This document shows positions 9,499 through 18,860 of a DNA stretch of 64,000 nucleotides, one piece after another; position 1 is the stretch's first letter; each line of letters starts with the position of its first letter. Under the pieces are notes generated by a model. The model was given only the letters and a program-made list of their open reading frames with translations, searched no databases and had not been told where the DNA came from. The stretch is from Alphaproteobacteria bacterium. GTDB taxonomy: Bacteria > Pseudomonadota > Alphaproteobacteria > UBA7887. The DNA lies in assembly GCA_965216755.1 (NCBI GenBank), contig CBDCGL010000011.1, positions 1,504,001 to 1,568,000 of the forward strand, in the 5' to 3' direction. The position numbers were made by a program, and so were the translations under genes.

Positions 9499-10653
9499 TT
9501 AGATTTGGGTTAGCGGCACATTTAGCTTTTTAATTGTTTCCATGGTCAACTGACCACTGACCAACCCGTTGGAGCGCTGGTAACTGTTCACCGCACGCGT
9601 GGTCAGCGGACCAAGGACCCCATCGATCGGGCCCGGATCGTATCCGGCCTGCCGCAGCGCACTTTGCACATCGCGAATAAGCGTCGCCGACGTGTTTGTT
9701 TCGCAGAGGATCGGTCGCCATTCCATCCGGCCCTCGCTGATTTTCTCTTGTTTTGTGACGGTGCTGTATTCCGCCGGGATGGTCGTCCGACGTTCACTGG
9801 CCGCGTTGACAAGCTTGAGAACTCTTTCCGTTCGATATTCGGCAGGAACAGTGATGGTTCGCGTCGTCGCGGGTGTCACAACCACCTTTTTGCGCACAGT
9901 CTTGTACTCCGCCGGTACCAATACTTTCCGGGTCTTGGCCGGGGCCACCTGCACACGCCGACTAACGGTCTTGTACTCCGCAGGCACTTCCACCAGACAC
10001 ATGATTTCGCCCGTGGCATCGTCTACCTTTTCAATGGGGCCGCGACCTTTCTTCCATGTGGTGTAAGCGGGCCGCACCAGAATCTGCTCCGACACCGTAT
10101 TGTAGACGGCCGGCTCAACGACGAGCTCTTCCGATGCCTCCTTAACCAGAACTTTCTCTTCCTCCCAGCCATATTCCGGCGGAACGGCCTCAATTTTTTC
10201 GCTAGCCTCACTCACAACGACCCGTTCTTCCATCCATTCATATTGCGGTGGAAGTGTCTCGATGCGTTCGCTTGATTCACGAACCAGCACCTGCTCCGAA
10301 ACCGTCCGATACGACGCCGGTACAAATAAGCGGGCATAACATTCGCCAGGTTTGGCATTCGGCGGCAATTCAGCCTCGCCGGAAAGCAACGCCGCTTCCT
10401 GCTGTTCCAATCCCAATTGCGCCTCGGCAAGCTGAAGCTCGAACAGCCCAATTTCACTATCCTTGTCGCTCAGGCTCCGCTCAAGCTCTGTGACCTTTGC
10501 TTCAAGCTGCTCGTTTTGTTGCATGATCACCGCCGACTCCTGCTCGGCAACGGCGAGATCCTGGGCTAGTTGCGCCTCTTCGGAATCGACCTGGCTACAC
10601 GCAGCGCTGACCAATGCAACGGCTGGCAAGATACAGAGACGGCTATATTTCAT
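9499..10653 (-). CDS. lipoprotein with coiled coil, eight 23-aa PxxY repeats and a C-terminal PG_binding_1 domain
   Basis: MKYSRLCILPAVALVSAAC signal/lipobox; Q/E-rich heptads; VPAEYKTV repeats; VQSALRQAGYDPGPIDGVLGPLTTRAV..YQ..NGL. Confidence 0.85.
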   Translation of the reverse strand: MKYSRLCILPAVALVSAACSQVDSEEAQLAQDLAVAEQESAVIMQQNEQLEAKVTELERSLSDKDSEIGLFELQLAEAQLGLEQQEAALLSGEAELPPNAKPGECYARLFVPASYRTVSEQVLVRESSERIETLPPQYEWMEERVVVSEASEKIEAVPPEYGWEEEKVLVKEASEELVVEPAVYNTVSEQILVRPAYTTWKKGRGPIEKVDDATGEIMCLVEVPAEYKTVSRRVQVAPAKTRKVLVPAEYKTVRKKVVVTPATTRTITVPAEYRTERVLKLVNAASERRTTIPAEYSTVTKQEKISEGRMEWRPILCETNTSATLIRDVQSALRQAGYDPGPIDGVLGPLTTRAVNSYQRSNGLVSGQLTMETIKKLNVPLTQI

Positions 10654-10851
10654 CGCATTTCCCCCGAGATTGCCGGTGACGCTCAGCAAGATGGTCCGCC
10701 CGTGCGCCAGCATAACCACAATCCGTCGACCGGCAGCAAGAAGCTGGCTAACGAGGGCTCATTAAATCGAACCCTCGACGACGAGTCTAGCTTATGCGTC
10801 ACCCAATTGAGGTATATGACAAAACCGGCGATGCCGGCCTATGATGATGGT

Positions 10852-11727
10852 TCAATTCGATACCACCAGGCACGCTTGGCCCTTGCCTTTGAGGAGACTG
10901 CACAGACTCTCGGCTTGCCGACGCGCCAACGGCCCGACGCGCACGCGATGAAATCGGCCACGTCCAGCAATATCGACTGCTGGAAATGAGGCTTGATACG
11001 GCTTCAGAATTTGCGGCGACTGATTGCGGATGTCCTGCCAAGCCCTTTGTGCCCCTTCTAGTCCTGAACCGATGGATGCCAGCTGTACGGCGACCATGTC
11101 ACTTTGCGCCGGTGCCGCCGCTGGCTGGACGGGACGCGTCGTCGGCTCAGGCGCGCGCGCAATGTCAGCGGCCCCAGCCTCAAAGGTGATTTCGGGTTCG
11201 ACTCGAAGCGGCGGTACCGGCTCAGGCGGCGAAATCATATTTTGTTCTGTCTTTTCGATACTACCTGCTGTTTTTTGATCTGTTTCGGAAAGTTGCCGAA
11301 GTAAGTTCATGCTTGGAATATTATTTTTGAACATTGCATAATCGATTGGAAGATTACCGTCGTCGTCGCGCGCCGCCACATCGGCGCCCGCCTTGACCAG
11401 GACTGAGATGATTGAAGGCTGACCGGACAGTGCGCTCAGATGTAGCGGAGTCACGCCTAGCTTGCCGCGCGCGTCGACCGCAGCACCGTATTCCAGGAGA
11501 ACCTGAACCGCCACTAAGTGGCCATTGTGACCGGCCAAATGAAGTGCGGTATAACCATTGCCGTCGGTCGCCGTCAGATCGGCGCCGTCCGCGATTATTT
11601 GCTTAATTCCGGCGACATCACCATTCCGCGCGGCAGCGTGCAAATCCGCGCCGCTGGCCGCCGCAGCGGCACCAAAAATAAATACTGCCGATAGTGAAAG
11701 CGACAATAATGCGTGTCGTACGCGCAT
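10852..11727 (-). CDS. exported ankyrin-repeat protein with a C-terminal SPOR domain
   Basis: Signal peptide; LHAAARNG, GYTALHLA, GVTPLHLSA, GNLPIDYA ankyrin motifs; Pro/Ala linker; VQLAS...W...G.FHRVRVGP..R.QAESLC..LK.KGQACLVV. Confidence 0.85.
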   Translation of the reverse strand: MRVRHALLSLSLSAVFIFGAAAAASGADLHAAARNGDVAGIKQIIADGADLTATDGNGYTALHLAGHNGHLVAVQVLLEYGAAVDARGKLGVTPLHLSALSGQPSIISVLVKAGADVAARDDDGNLPIDYAMFKNNIPSMNLLRQLSETDQKTAGSIEKTEQNMISPPEPVPPLRVEPEITFEAGAADIARAPEPTTRPVQPAAAPAQSDMVAVQLASIGSGLEGAQRAWQDIRNQSPQILKPYQASFPAVDIAGRGRFHRVRVGPLARRQAESLCSLLKGKGQACLVVSN

Positions 11728-11936
11728 TCGACCCCCTTAACAAAACCATGCCGCTCAGAGCATGAATTGATGTGAGGCCACCATAATCGCCTTGATCGGA
11801 TTCTTTGGCAAGTCTTGTCGCCGACTATTCGTTTGTTTGCCCTGTCCTTAGATGCGTAACCGTCTACATGGCACGTTAGGCGAACGATTGATTAGGCACT
11901 TAATCGAAGACCTTGGGCGCGCCGATGGCGATCAGA

Positions 11937-13391
11937 TCATTCCGCCGCCGACGCCAACCCGGCCGCGTCCACCACCGACGGCGAGAGATAGGCACCTTGG
12001 CGCAGCAGGGTGCGTTGGATTAGGCGAGGGTCCACGTCGCGCGGTTTTAGGCCGGTGTCGACAGCTAGCGCCGCCGCGACGCCGGCGGCTTGCCCCGTCA
12101 GCCAGCATTGCGGCACCTCACGCAATAACGAATGGGAGCTGGCATCGCAGGCGATATGCCGGCCAGCGGCCAACACACCATCCAACCCGACCGGCACCAG
12201 CGCGCCATATGGCACCGATATATTTGGGAACTTGGGCGACAGCGACGTAGACACACCAATCTCGTCGTCCCAAACCTTGCCCTCATCCCATTGCGCCCGC
12301 GTCACCTTACGAACGCCGCCCAGGCGCCGGCTGTGACGCACGCCAATCTGCGGCGCACCCAACATCAAAAACGCATTCTCGAACCCCGGCGCGTGCGCCC
12401 GATACAGGTCCAAGTGGCCTATGGTCAACCGGCGCGAACGGATCTCCACTTCGGTCAGATCCTCGACATCGACGGCGCTGTAACCGGACAGTCGCGGCCC
12501 CATAAACAGGGCCACGTCGTTACGCCAAGACACGAACGGTTTTTCGAACGACTTCAGGCTCTCGCGACCGCGCGCCATGAAATCGGCATAGCCCCGTTTG
12601 TCTTCGGTACGAAACGCGATCCAACGCTCCATATCCACGCCGCCCAGCAGAAATGCGGTGTTGATACAATGATGGATATCGCTCGCATCGATATCGGACT
12701 CCAGCGCCGCACCAGCCCGCGCCAATAGGTCGGCGTCGCCCGTGGTATCGATGACCACTTTTGCGAGAATAGCGTGGCGTCCTTCCTTGCTCTCAAACAT
12801 GGCGCCGCACAAAATATTGCCGTCGACGATCGGCGCCGCCGCCCAAGCGTGGAATACCGGCTGGACTTTTTGTTCAAGTACCATTTCCAGCGAAAGTGTC
12901 TTGAGCGCCTCTGGGTCTACGGTCGGCGCCCAGGTGACGATGCCGTGATAAGCGGCGGTCCGCTGCGCCCAATAGGCCGCCGTGGCCGCATCCTTCGAAC
13001 CCCAGTCCGCACGCGGCGGCCCCTGCACCGCGTCCTTGGGCAAACGGTCCAAATAGTCACAGGCAATACCGGCGATCACTTGTTGGCCCGACCAATCGGT
13101 CATGCGGTCGATCCAAATGACCAACCCGCCGGTCGACAATCCACCCAAATGATTGTAACGCTCGACCAACATGACATCGGCGCCGATGCGGCCTGCCGCG
13201 ATGGCCGCGGAGGTTCCAGCCGGACCGCCGCCCACCACCAAGACGTCGGTTTCGGCAAATACCGGAATCTCACGTGCGGCTTCGGTAACAGTGCGACTTG
13301 GGCGCGATCGACGCGCCGCACGGCCCTCGCCGCCAAACATTTCAATGCCTTGTTGTTCAAGAATGCCGGTGGTCAAATTCTCGTCAGCCAT
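11937..13391 (-). CDS. FAD-dependent oxidoreductase (FAD_oxidored family)
   Basis: DVLVVGGGPAG..AAIAAGRIGA, LVERYNHLGG, VIDTTGDADL, IGVRHSRR, VPYGALVP, GQAAGVAAALA. Confidence 0.88.
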   Translation of the reverse strand: MADENLTTGILEQQGIEMFGGEGRAARRSRPSRTVTEAAREIPVFAETDVLVVGGGPAGTSAAIAAGRIGADVMLVERYNHLGGLSTGGLVIWIDRMTDWSGQQVIAGIACDYLDRLPKDAVQGPPRADWGSKDAATAAYWAQRTAAYHGIVTWAPTVDPEALKTLSLEMVLEQKVQPVFHAWAAAPIVDGNILCGAMFESKEGRHAILAKVVIDTTGDADLLARAGAALESDIDASDIHHCINTAFLLGGVDMERWIAFRTEDKRGYADFMARGRESLKSFEKPFVSWRNDVALFMGPRLSGYSAVDVEDLTEVEIRSRRLTIGHLDLYRAHAPGFENAFLMLGAPQIGVRHSRRLGGVRKVTRAQWDEGKVWDDEIGVSTSLSPKFPNISVPYGALVPVGLDGVLAAGRHIACDASSHSLLREVPQCWLTGQAAGVAAALAVDTGLKPRDVDPRLIQRTLLRQGAYLSPSVVDAAGLASAAE

Positions 13392-13517
13392 ATCGCCCTC
13401 GTCTGGTGACCGTCCGTGCGATTCGCCGCCGGCCCGCAATTGACGCCCAACGCAGTTATCCCTAGCCTACCGCCAGCTACCGATAAATCAATATGTGAAC
13501 ATTCCAGGGAGAGAGAC

Positions 13518-14567
13518 GTGCGCGGCGCAGTATTCACGGGCAACCGGACCGTCGAAATCCAAGAGTTCCCGGACCCATCCCCGGGGCCCGGCGAGGTCGT
13601 GTTGGAAATCAAGGCCTCAGGCATGTGTGGCAGCGACCTCAAATTTTACCGCGCGGCGCCGGGCGAGATGCAAAAGGCTCTGGGCCTTGGCGACGTCACC
13701 GAACCGACGATTGCGGGACACGAACCCTGTGGCGTCGTCGTCGCGGTTGGCGATGGTGTCACTGAGCGACAGGCCCGTATCGGCCAGCGCGTGATGGACC
13801 ACCACTATGCCGGTTGCGGCGTGTGTCGCCATTGCCGGGTCGGCTGGTCGCAATTGTGCCGGGAGGGCTTTGTCGTTTATGGCGCGACGGCGCACGGGGC
13901 CCACGCCGACTATATGAAAGTGCCCGCACGCACCTTGGTTGCTCTGCCGGACGCGCTGTCGTTTGACACTGGCGCGGCCATTGCCTGTGGCACCGGCACC
14001 GCCTATGGCGCGATCCGGCGCATGAATCTGTCGGGCCACGATACGTTGGCGGTGTTTGGTCAGGGACCGGTTGGTCTGTCGGCTACCCAGCTGGCGACCG
14101 CCATGGGCGCGCGCGTGATCGCGCTTGACACCAACGGCGCGCGGCGCGATCTCGCTAAGAAATTCGGCGCCAACTCCGTCATCAACCCGATTGACGACGA
14201 CCCGGTGCAAGCCCTGAAGGAACTGACCCACGGTGAAGGTGTCGATCTCGCGCTCGATTGCTCATCGGCCGAGACGGCGCGGTCGGCTGCAATAAAGGCA
14301 ACACGGACCTGGGGCACCGTATGCTTTGTCGGTGAAGGCGGCAACGTGACCATCGATGTCAGCACCGACATGCTGCGGCGCCAGCTCACCCTAATCGGAT
14401 CGTGGACGTTTTCGACTGTCATCCAAGAGGAGTGCGCCCGCTTCATCGCTGACCGCGGGATCAATGTGGACAGCCTGTTTACAGAGCATTACACACTCGA
14501 TCAAGTCACCGACGCCTACCAATTGTTCGATACGCAATCGACAGGCAAGGGCGTGATACGGTTTTAG
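13518..14567 (+). CDS. zinc-binding (MDR) dehydrogenase
   Basis: [25 protein letters not shown]...C, FGQGPVG; GGGAGAG RBS before GTG 13518. Confidence 0.9.
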   Translation: MRGAVFTGNRTVEIQEFPDPSPGPGEVVLEIKASGMCGSDLKFYRAAPGEMQKALGLGDVTEPTIAGHEPCGVVVAVGDGVTERQARIGQRVMDHHYAGCGVCRHCRVGWSQLCREGFVVYGATAHGAHADYMKVPARTLVALPDALSFDTGAAIACGTGTAYGAIRRMNLSGHDTLAVFGQGPVGLSATQLATAMGARVIALDTNGARRDLAKKFGANSVINPIDDDPVQALKELTHGEGVDLALDCSSAETARSAAIKATRTWGTVCFVGEGGNVTIDVSTDMLRRQLTLIGSWTFSTVIQEECARFIADRGINVDSLFTEHYTLDQVTDAYQLFDTQSTGKGVIRF

Positions 14568-15241
14568 CGGCAAAATTCTTGAGGGTTAAGATGACAGCGT
14601 AAAAGAGCAGCTGAAACCTCGGCCGCCCCGCGTTGCTTTAGAAATCGGTCAATGCCACCTATGATCGCTTGGTGCTCAATCTCGCAAATTTCGATGACTT
14701 GGTCGATATCGCGGACAGCGTCACCGCGGCTGAGTGCGCCTTCAAGGACGCGCGCGCTCTGGTAGAGCGCGTCAGCGCCGATCGCGCTCGCAAACCCTTT
14801 TAGATCATGAGCAAGCGCGCGAGCGTCCGTGCAATCATTCCGCGCCAGCGACGCGCGGATGTCCCGGATTGCGGTATCGTGACCTTCAAGAAACAGCTCA
14901 AGGGCCTTCCGATAAATTTTCTGATCACGGCCTAAGCGTCGAAATGCGGCCTCAACGTCGTCAAAGCCTGATATGACCTTGAGGGATTCGGTGAATGACC
15001 GATCCTCGCTTTCTTCCAGGCTGCTAGACGCTTTGACATGTGAGATGTCATCTGCGACCGCGCTGCTCTCGACGTCAATCTCGCCACTCATCATGTTCAC
15101 GAACTCACGCGAAATGGCCAACCCCAAACCGGTGCCACCATATTTCCGCGAGAAGGACGTGTCAGCTTGTGCAAATTTCTGAAACAGTTTTGCACGTTGC
15201 GCGGGCGTTATCCCGACGCCCGTTTCGCGCACTGCGAATTT
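14564..15241 (-). pseudogene. truncated hybrid histidine kinase remnant (partial HATPase_c joined to Hpt)
   Basis: [10 protein letters not shown] (G1-like, D>E), [20 protein letters not shown] (G2), breaking off at GEIDVESS; then Hpt [13 protein letters not shown]; no H-box, N-box or receiver domain. Confidence 0.6.
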
Positions 15242-15243
15242 TG

Positions 15244-15350
15244 GGAACTAAGGTGACAGTTTACTAAATACGAGTGAACAATCTTTGGTGCTTTTTTGAA
15301 GTCGGCATTTGCGTATTTAGTAAACTGTCACCGTAATTCACCGTAATTCC
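15244..15350. mobile_element. small non-autonomous inverted-repeat element (REP doublet/MITE-like)
   Basis: Perfect 21-bp IR GGTGACAGTTTACTAAATACG (15252-15272) / CGTATTTAGTAAACTGTCACC (15312-15332); AT-rich 39-bp spacer; tandem CACCGTAATT x2 at the right end. Confidence 0.6.
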
Positions 15351-15355
15351 GACGT

Positions 15356-15658
15356 TCAAACCGTCGGCATCTGTATAAAACCCGGCTCGACGCGCCCCGG
15401 CTCCGACCCACGTTCGACTCTGTCCACACGGGCCGCCCGCGGTCCCTGATGGCAGGCGGCGACCATCGCATCGACCGCGGCGCGCGGCCCGGCGAAGACT
15501 GCCTCGACATCGCCGTTGCGGCGATTGCGGACCCAACCGTCTAGACCGTGCCGGGCGGCCTCGCGCGCTGTCCATGCGCGAAACCACACGCCCTGGACGC
15601 GCCCGGTTATCCGCACGCGTACGACCGCTCTATCGCCATTTCCCGCCGCCATTCGCAT
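15356..15658 (-). CDS. acyP: acylphosphatase
   Basis: ITGRVQGVWFRAWT, GWVRNRRNGDVEA, GPRAARVD. Confidence 0.93.
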   Translation of the reverse strand: MRMAAGNGDRAVVRVRITGRVQGVWFRAWTAREAARHGLDGWVRNRRNGDVEAVFAGPRAAVDAMVAACHQGPRAARVDRVERGSEPGRVEPGFIQMPTV

Positions 15659-15715
15659 GCCCTATAGCAAATCACGCCAGTTCATGGCGTAATACCTATC
15701 GGAAGGACGCGCCAG

Positions 15716-16234
15716 ATGACATTTGAATCCATGCTTAACGTCTTTTGTCACGCCGTCGAAACTGGTGATGGTAAAGCGCTCGCCGCCCTGTTCACGGTCG
15801 ACGGTGTCTATCACGACGGCTTTTATGGTGCCTTTCGCGGCCGTGACGCCATTGCGGAAATGCTTACGGACCGCTTTCACGGGGACGCGCGAGATTTCCT
15901 TTGGGAAATGAACAACGCCGTGCGCAGCGGTGACGTTGGCTATGCCAGCTATCGTTTCAGCTATACGTCGCGCTTGGCCGGCGCCGATGGTCGTCGTGTG
16001 ATCTTTGAAGGCATCGGCCGGTTCCGGTTCGCCGGCGATCTGATCGAATCCTATGATGAGGTGTTCGACGCAAGCATTGCCATGGTGCAGTTGGATTTTG
16101 CCGGTGATCGTATCGCACGTCGCGCCACCCGCGTCGCCACGGCTTTGCGCAGCAGCGCCGGCGACCAGCACCTGAAAGGGGCGAGCCCAGCCATCGCGTC
16201 GTCTACCGCGTCAGCTACTCAAACGTCAGAATAA
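15716..16234 (+). CDS. NTF2/SnoaL-like fold protein
   Basis: D...LAALFTVDGVYHD.FYG.F.GRDAI, GI..F.F.G.LI..Y.EVFD. Confidence 0.8.
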   Translation: MTFESMLNVFCHAVETGDGKALAALFTVDGVYHDGFYGAFRGRDAIAEMLTDRFHGDARDFLWEMNNAVRSGDVGYASYRFSYTSRLAGADGRRVIFEGIGRFRFAGDLIESYDEVFDASIAMVQLDFAGDRIARRATRVATALRSSAGDQHLKGASPAIASSTASATQTSE

Positions 16235-18200
16235 CCTCGTCGACCGCGACGCTGTCGCCGGCCGCGATATTTACCGCTGCAATGGTGCCGTCACGCTCGG
16301 CCCGCAGAACATTTTCCATCTTCATGGCGTCGACCACGCAGAGTTCCTCGCCCGCCTTCACTTTGTCGCCGGCTTCGACGGCGATCGATACGATCAGCCC
16401 CGGCATAGGCGACAACAGATAGCGCGAAAGGTCGGGGGGAAACTTCGCCGGCATGCGCGCCGCAAACATCGCGGCGCGGGCGGTTCGCACGGTAATAGCG
16501 ACACGGGCGCCGCCATAGCTCAGACGATACCCCTCCGTAAGCGGGTCGATCTGCACGTGGACCCCGGTCCCATTGACCTGCCCTTCGAAGATGACCTGAC
16601 CGGGCCACCAATCACCGCGAACCGTTAGCAGGCCATCACCGGTTTCAACATTGGCACCGCCAGCGGCATCGCGCAGGGTGACCGGCACTTCTTCGCCAGC
16701 CATCGCGACGACCCAATCGGCGCCGGGCGCATAGCGACCTTGATCGGTACGACCGGAAATGCGAGCGGTGCGCGCTTCGCGACGGGCATGCACGGTCGCA
16801 GCGACCGCAATGAGCACCTGCTTCTCATCCGGCGCCGGGCGCGCATGATCGAAACCGTCGGGATAGGTCTCGGCGATAAAATTTGTCGTCAAGTCGCCGG
16901 ATATGAAAGCCGGCTGCGCCATGACCGCGGACAAGAAGCTGATATTGTGGTTGACGCCGCGGACATGGAAAGCGCCGAGCGCGGCCCGCATGCGTTTGCG
17001 TGCTTCTTCCCGGTTGGCGCCGTGCGTGACCAGCTTGGCGATCATGGGATCGTAGTACATCGAGACCTCACTGCCCTCATAGACGCCGGTATCGACCCGA
17101 ACCGACGGCCCTTCCGGCGGCGGCGCAAAGCGGGTCAATCGGCCGATCGACGGCATGAAGCCGCGGCTTGGGTCTTCGGCGTAGATGCGGGCTTCCATTG
17201 CCCAGCCGTTCACTGGTACGTCGTCTTGAGTAAATGGCAGCGCGCCACCATCGGCGATCGAAATCATCAACTCCACCAAATCGAAGCCGGTAATCATTTC
17301 GGTGATCGGGTGCTCGACTTGCAGGCGGGTATTCATTTCCAGGAAATAGAACGACTTATCGGCTCCTACGACAAATTCCACAGTGCCGGCAGAGCTGTAA
17401 CTGACCGCCCTGGAAAGGGCCACCGCTTGTTCGCCCATGGCGCGACGCATTTCCAAGTCGACGAGCGGGCTCGGCGCCTCTTCGATCACTTTTTGGTGGC
17501 GTCGCTGAATCGAGCATTCACGTTCGTTCAAATAGACAGTGTTGCCGTGGCCGTCGGCCAGAACCTGGATCTCGATGTGCCGCGGCTGCTCGATAAACTT
17601 CTCAATGAACACGCGATCATCGCCGAAGCTGGATCGAGCTTCGTTTTGGGCCGAGCGAAACCCGTCGAGAACTTCGTCATCGGAATAGGCGATCCGCATG
17701 CCCTTGCCGCCGCCACCGGCCGACGCCTTGATCATCACTGGATATCCGACGTCGCGGGCGACCGGCACGGCGGCGTCGGCATCGGCAATCGCGTCGGGGC
17801 TACCAGGGATGGTGTTAACGCCGGCTTGAGCGGCGAGACGCTTGGATTCGATCTTGTCGCCCATAGCGGCGATCGCTTCCGCAGACGGCCCTATGAAAGT
17901 GATCCCTGCTTCGTCCAGGGCGCGCACAAAGCCGGCGTTTTCAGCCAGAAACCCGTAGCCCGGGTGAACGGCGTCGGCGCCGGTCTCTTGCGCCGCGCGT
18001 AATACATTGTCGATGACCAAATAGCTTTCGGCCGACGGCGCCGGCCCGATCGCAACCGCCTGGTCCGCCATGCGGACATGCAGCGCATCGGCGTCCGCTT
18101 CGGAATAGACCGCAACGGTCTTGAGCCCCATGGCTCGGGAGCTGCGCATCACGCGGCAGGCAATTTCGCCACGGTTGGCGACCAAGATCTTTGAAATCAC
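16215..18200 (-). CDS. pccA: propionyl-CoA carboxylase alpha subunit (biotin carboxylase plus biotin carrier)
   Basis: KILVANRGEIA, HPGYGFLAEN, GGGGKGMR, RECSIQRRHQK, FLEMNTRLQVEH, DAMKMEN biotin site. Confidence 0.92.
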   Translation of the reverse strand: MISKILVANRGEIACRVMRSSRAMGLKTVAVYSEADADALHVRMADQAVAIGPAPSAESYLVIDNVLRAAQETGADAVHPGYGFLAENAGFVRALDEAGITFIGPSAEAIAAMGDKIESKRLAAQAGVNTIPGSPDAIADADAAVPVARDVGYPVMIKASAGGGGKGMRIAYSDDEVLDGFRSAQNEARSSFGDDRVFIEKFIEQPRHIEIQVLADGHGNTVYLNERECSIQRRHQKVIEEAPSPLVDLEMRRAMGEQAVALSRAVSYSSAGTVEFVVGADKSFYFLEMNTRLQVEHPITEMITGFDLVELMISIADGGALPFTQDDVPVNGWAMEARIYAEDPSRGFMPSIGRLTRFAPPPEGPSVRVDTGVYEGSEVSMYYDPMIAKLVTHGANREEARKRMRAALGAFHVRGVNHNISFLSAVMAQPAFISGDLTTNFIAETYPDGFDHARPAPDEKQVLIAVAATVHARREARTARISGRTDQGRYAPGADWVVAMAGEEVPVTLRDAAGGANVETGDGLLTVRGDWWPGQVIFEGQVNGTGVHVQIDPLTEGYRLSYGGARVAITVRTARAAMFAARMPAKFPPDLSRYLLSPMPGLIVSIAVEAGDKVKAGEELCVVDAMKMENVLRAERDGTIAAVNIAAGDSVAVDEVILTFE

Positions 18201-18320
18201 AATCTACCCCTCGGCCAATAAGCCGCGCATTGCGCCGAAACGAAATTGGAATGTCAACCAAGCATCGCTTGGCCTTCGCGACCGTTCACATTACATGAGT
18301 CGCAATTTCGGGAGCTGCTG

Positions 18321-18860
18321 ATGGCGCAATCTGATGATGGCTTATCCACGACAGCCACGCGGCCGCTATGTGACAGTGCGCGCGGGCTTGATCGGTGGTT
18401 GGATCTTGCCCTCTTAATTTCGGCGGTGTTGCTGATTGTCGGCTGGACAGCGCCGATTATGACGATCCGAAAACTGTACGTATTTCGGGAACCGGTGTCG
18501 ATCTTCCAGGCCCTGGGCGCTTTGTTGGAAACCGGAGACTTACTTCTGTTCGCGGTGATTGGTGGTTTTACGGTTCTCATCCCGGCGATCAAGCTTTGCT
18601 TTGCTCTGCACCTTTGGCATGCTGGCGGGCGTGAAGCACGGGCGCGGGTGCGTGCCCTGCAGCGGCTTGAATTCATCGGGCGGTGGTCAATGATCGATGT
18701 ATTTTTGATCGCGTTAACGGTGGCCGCACTGAAGATCAGCTTGGTCGCGGATGTGCACATCCATTGGGGCCTTTATGCGCTCATCGGTGCGATCCTGCTG
18801 TCGATGGTCGCAGTGGCGCGGATTACCGTATTAGCCCGTGGCGCGGTCGAAAACCGTTAA
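18321..18860 (+). CDS. paraquat-inducible protein A (PqiA) family membrane protein, single domain
   Basis: Four hydrophobic segments; SIFQ.L..L, FTVLIP.IKL, IGRWSMIDVF. Confidence 0.8.
   Translation: MAQSDDGLSTTATRPLCDSARGLDRWLDLALLISAVLLIVGWTAPIMTIRKLYVFREPVSIFQALGALLETGDLLLFAVIGGFTVLIPAIKLCFALHLWHAGGREARARVRALQRLEFIGRWSMIDVFLIALTVAALKISLVADVHIHWGLYALIGAILLSMVAVARITVLARGAVENR

Noticed and set aside
15244-15350. CRISPR array or complete IS
   Set aside because: Repeats are inverted and only two; no spacer series, cas gene or transposase
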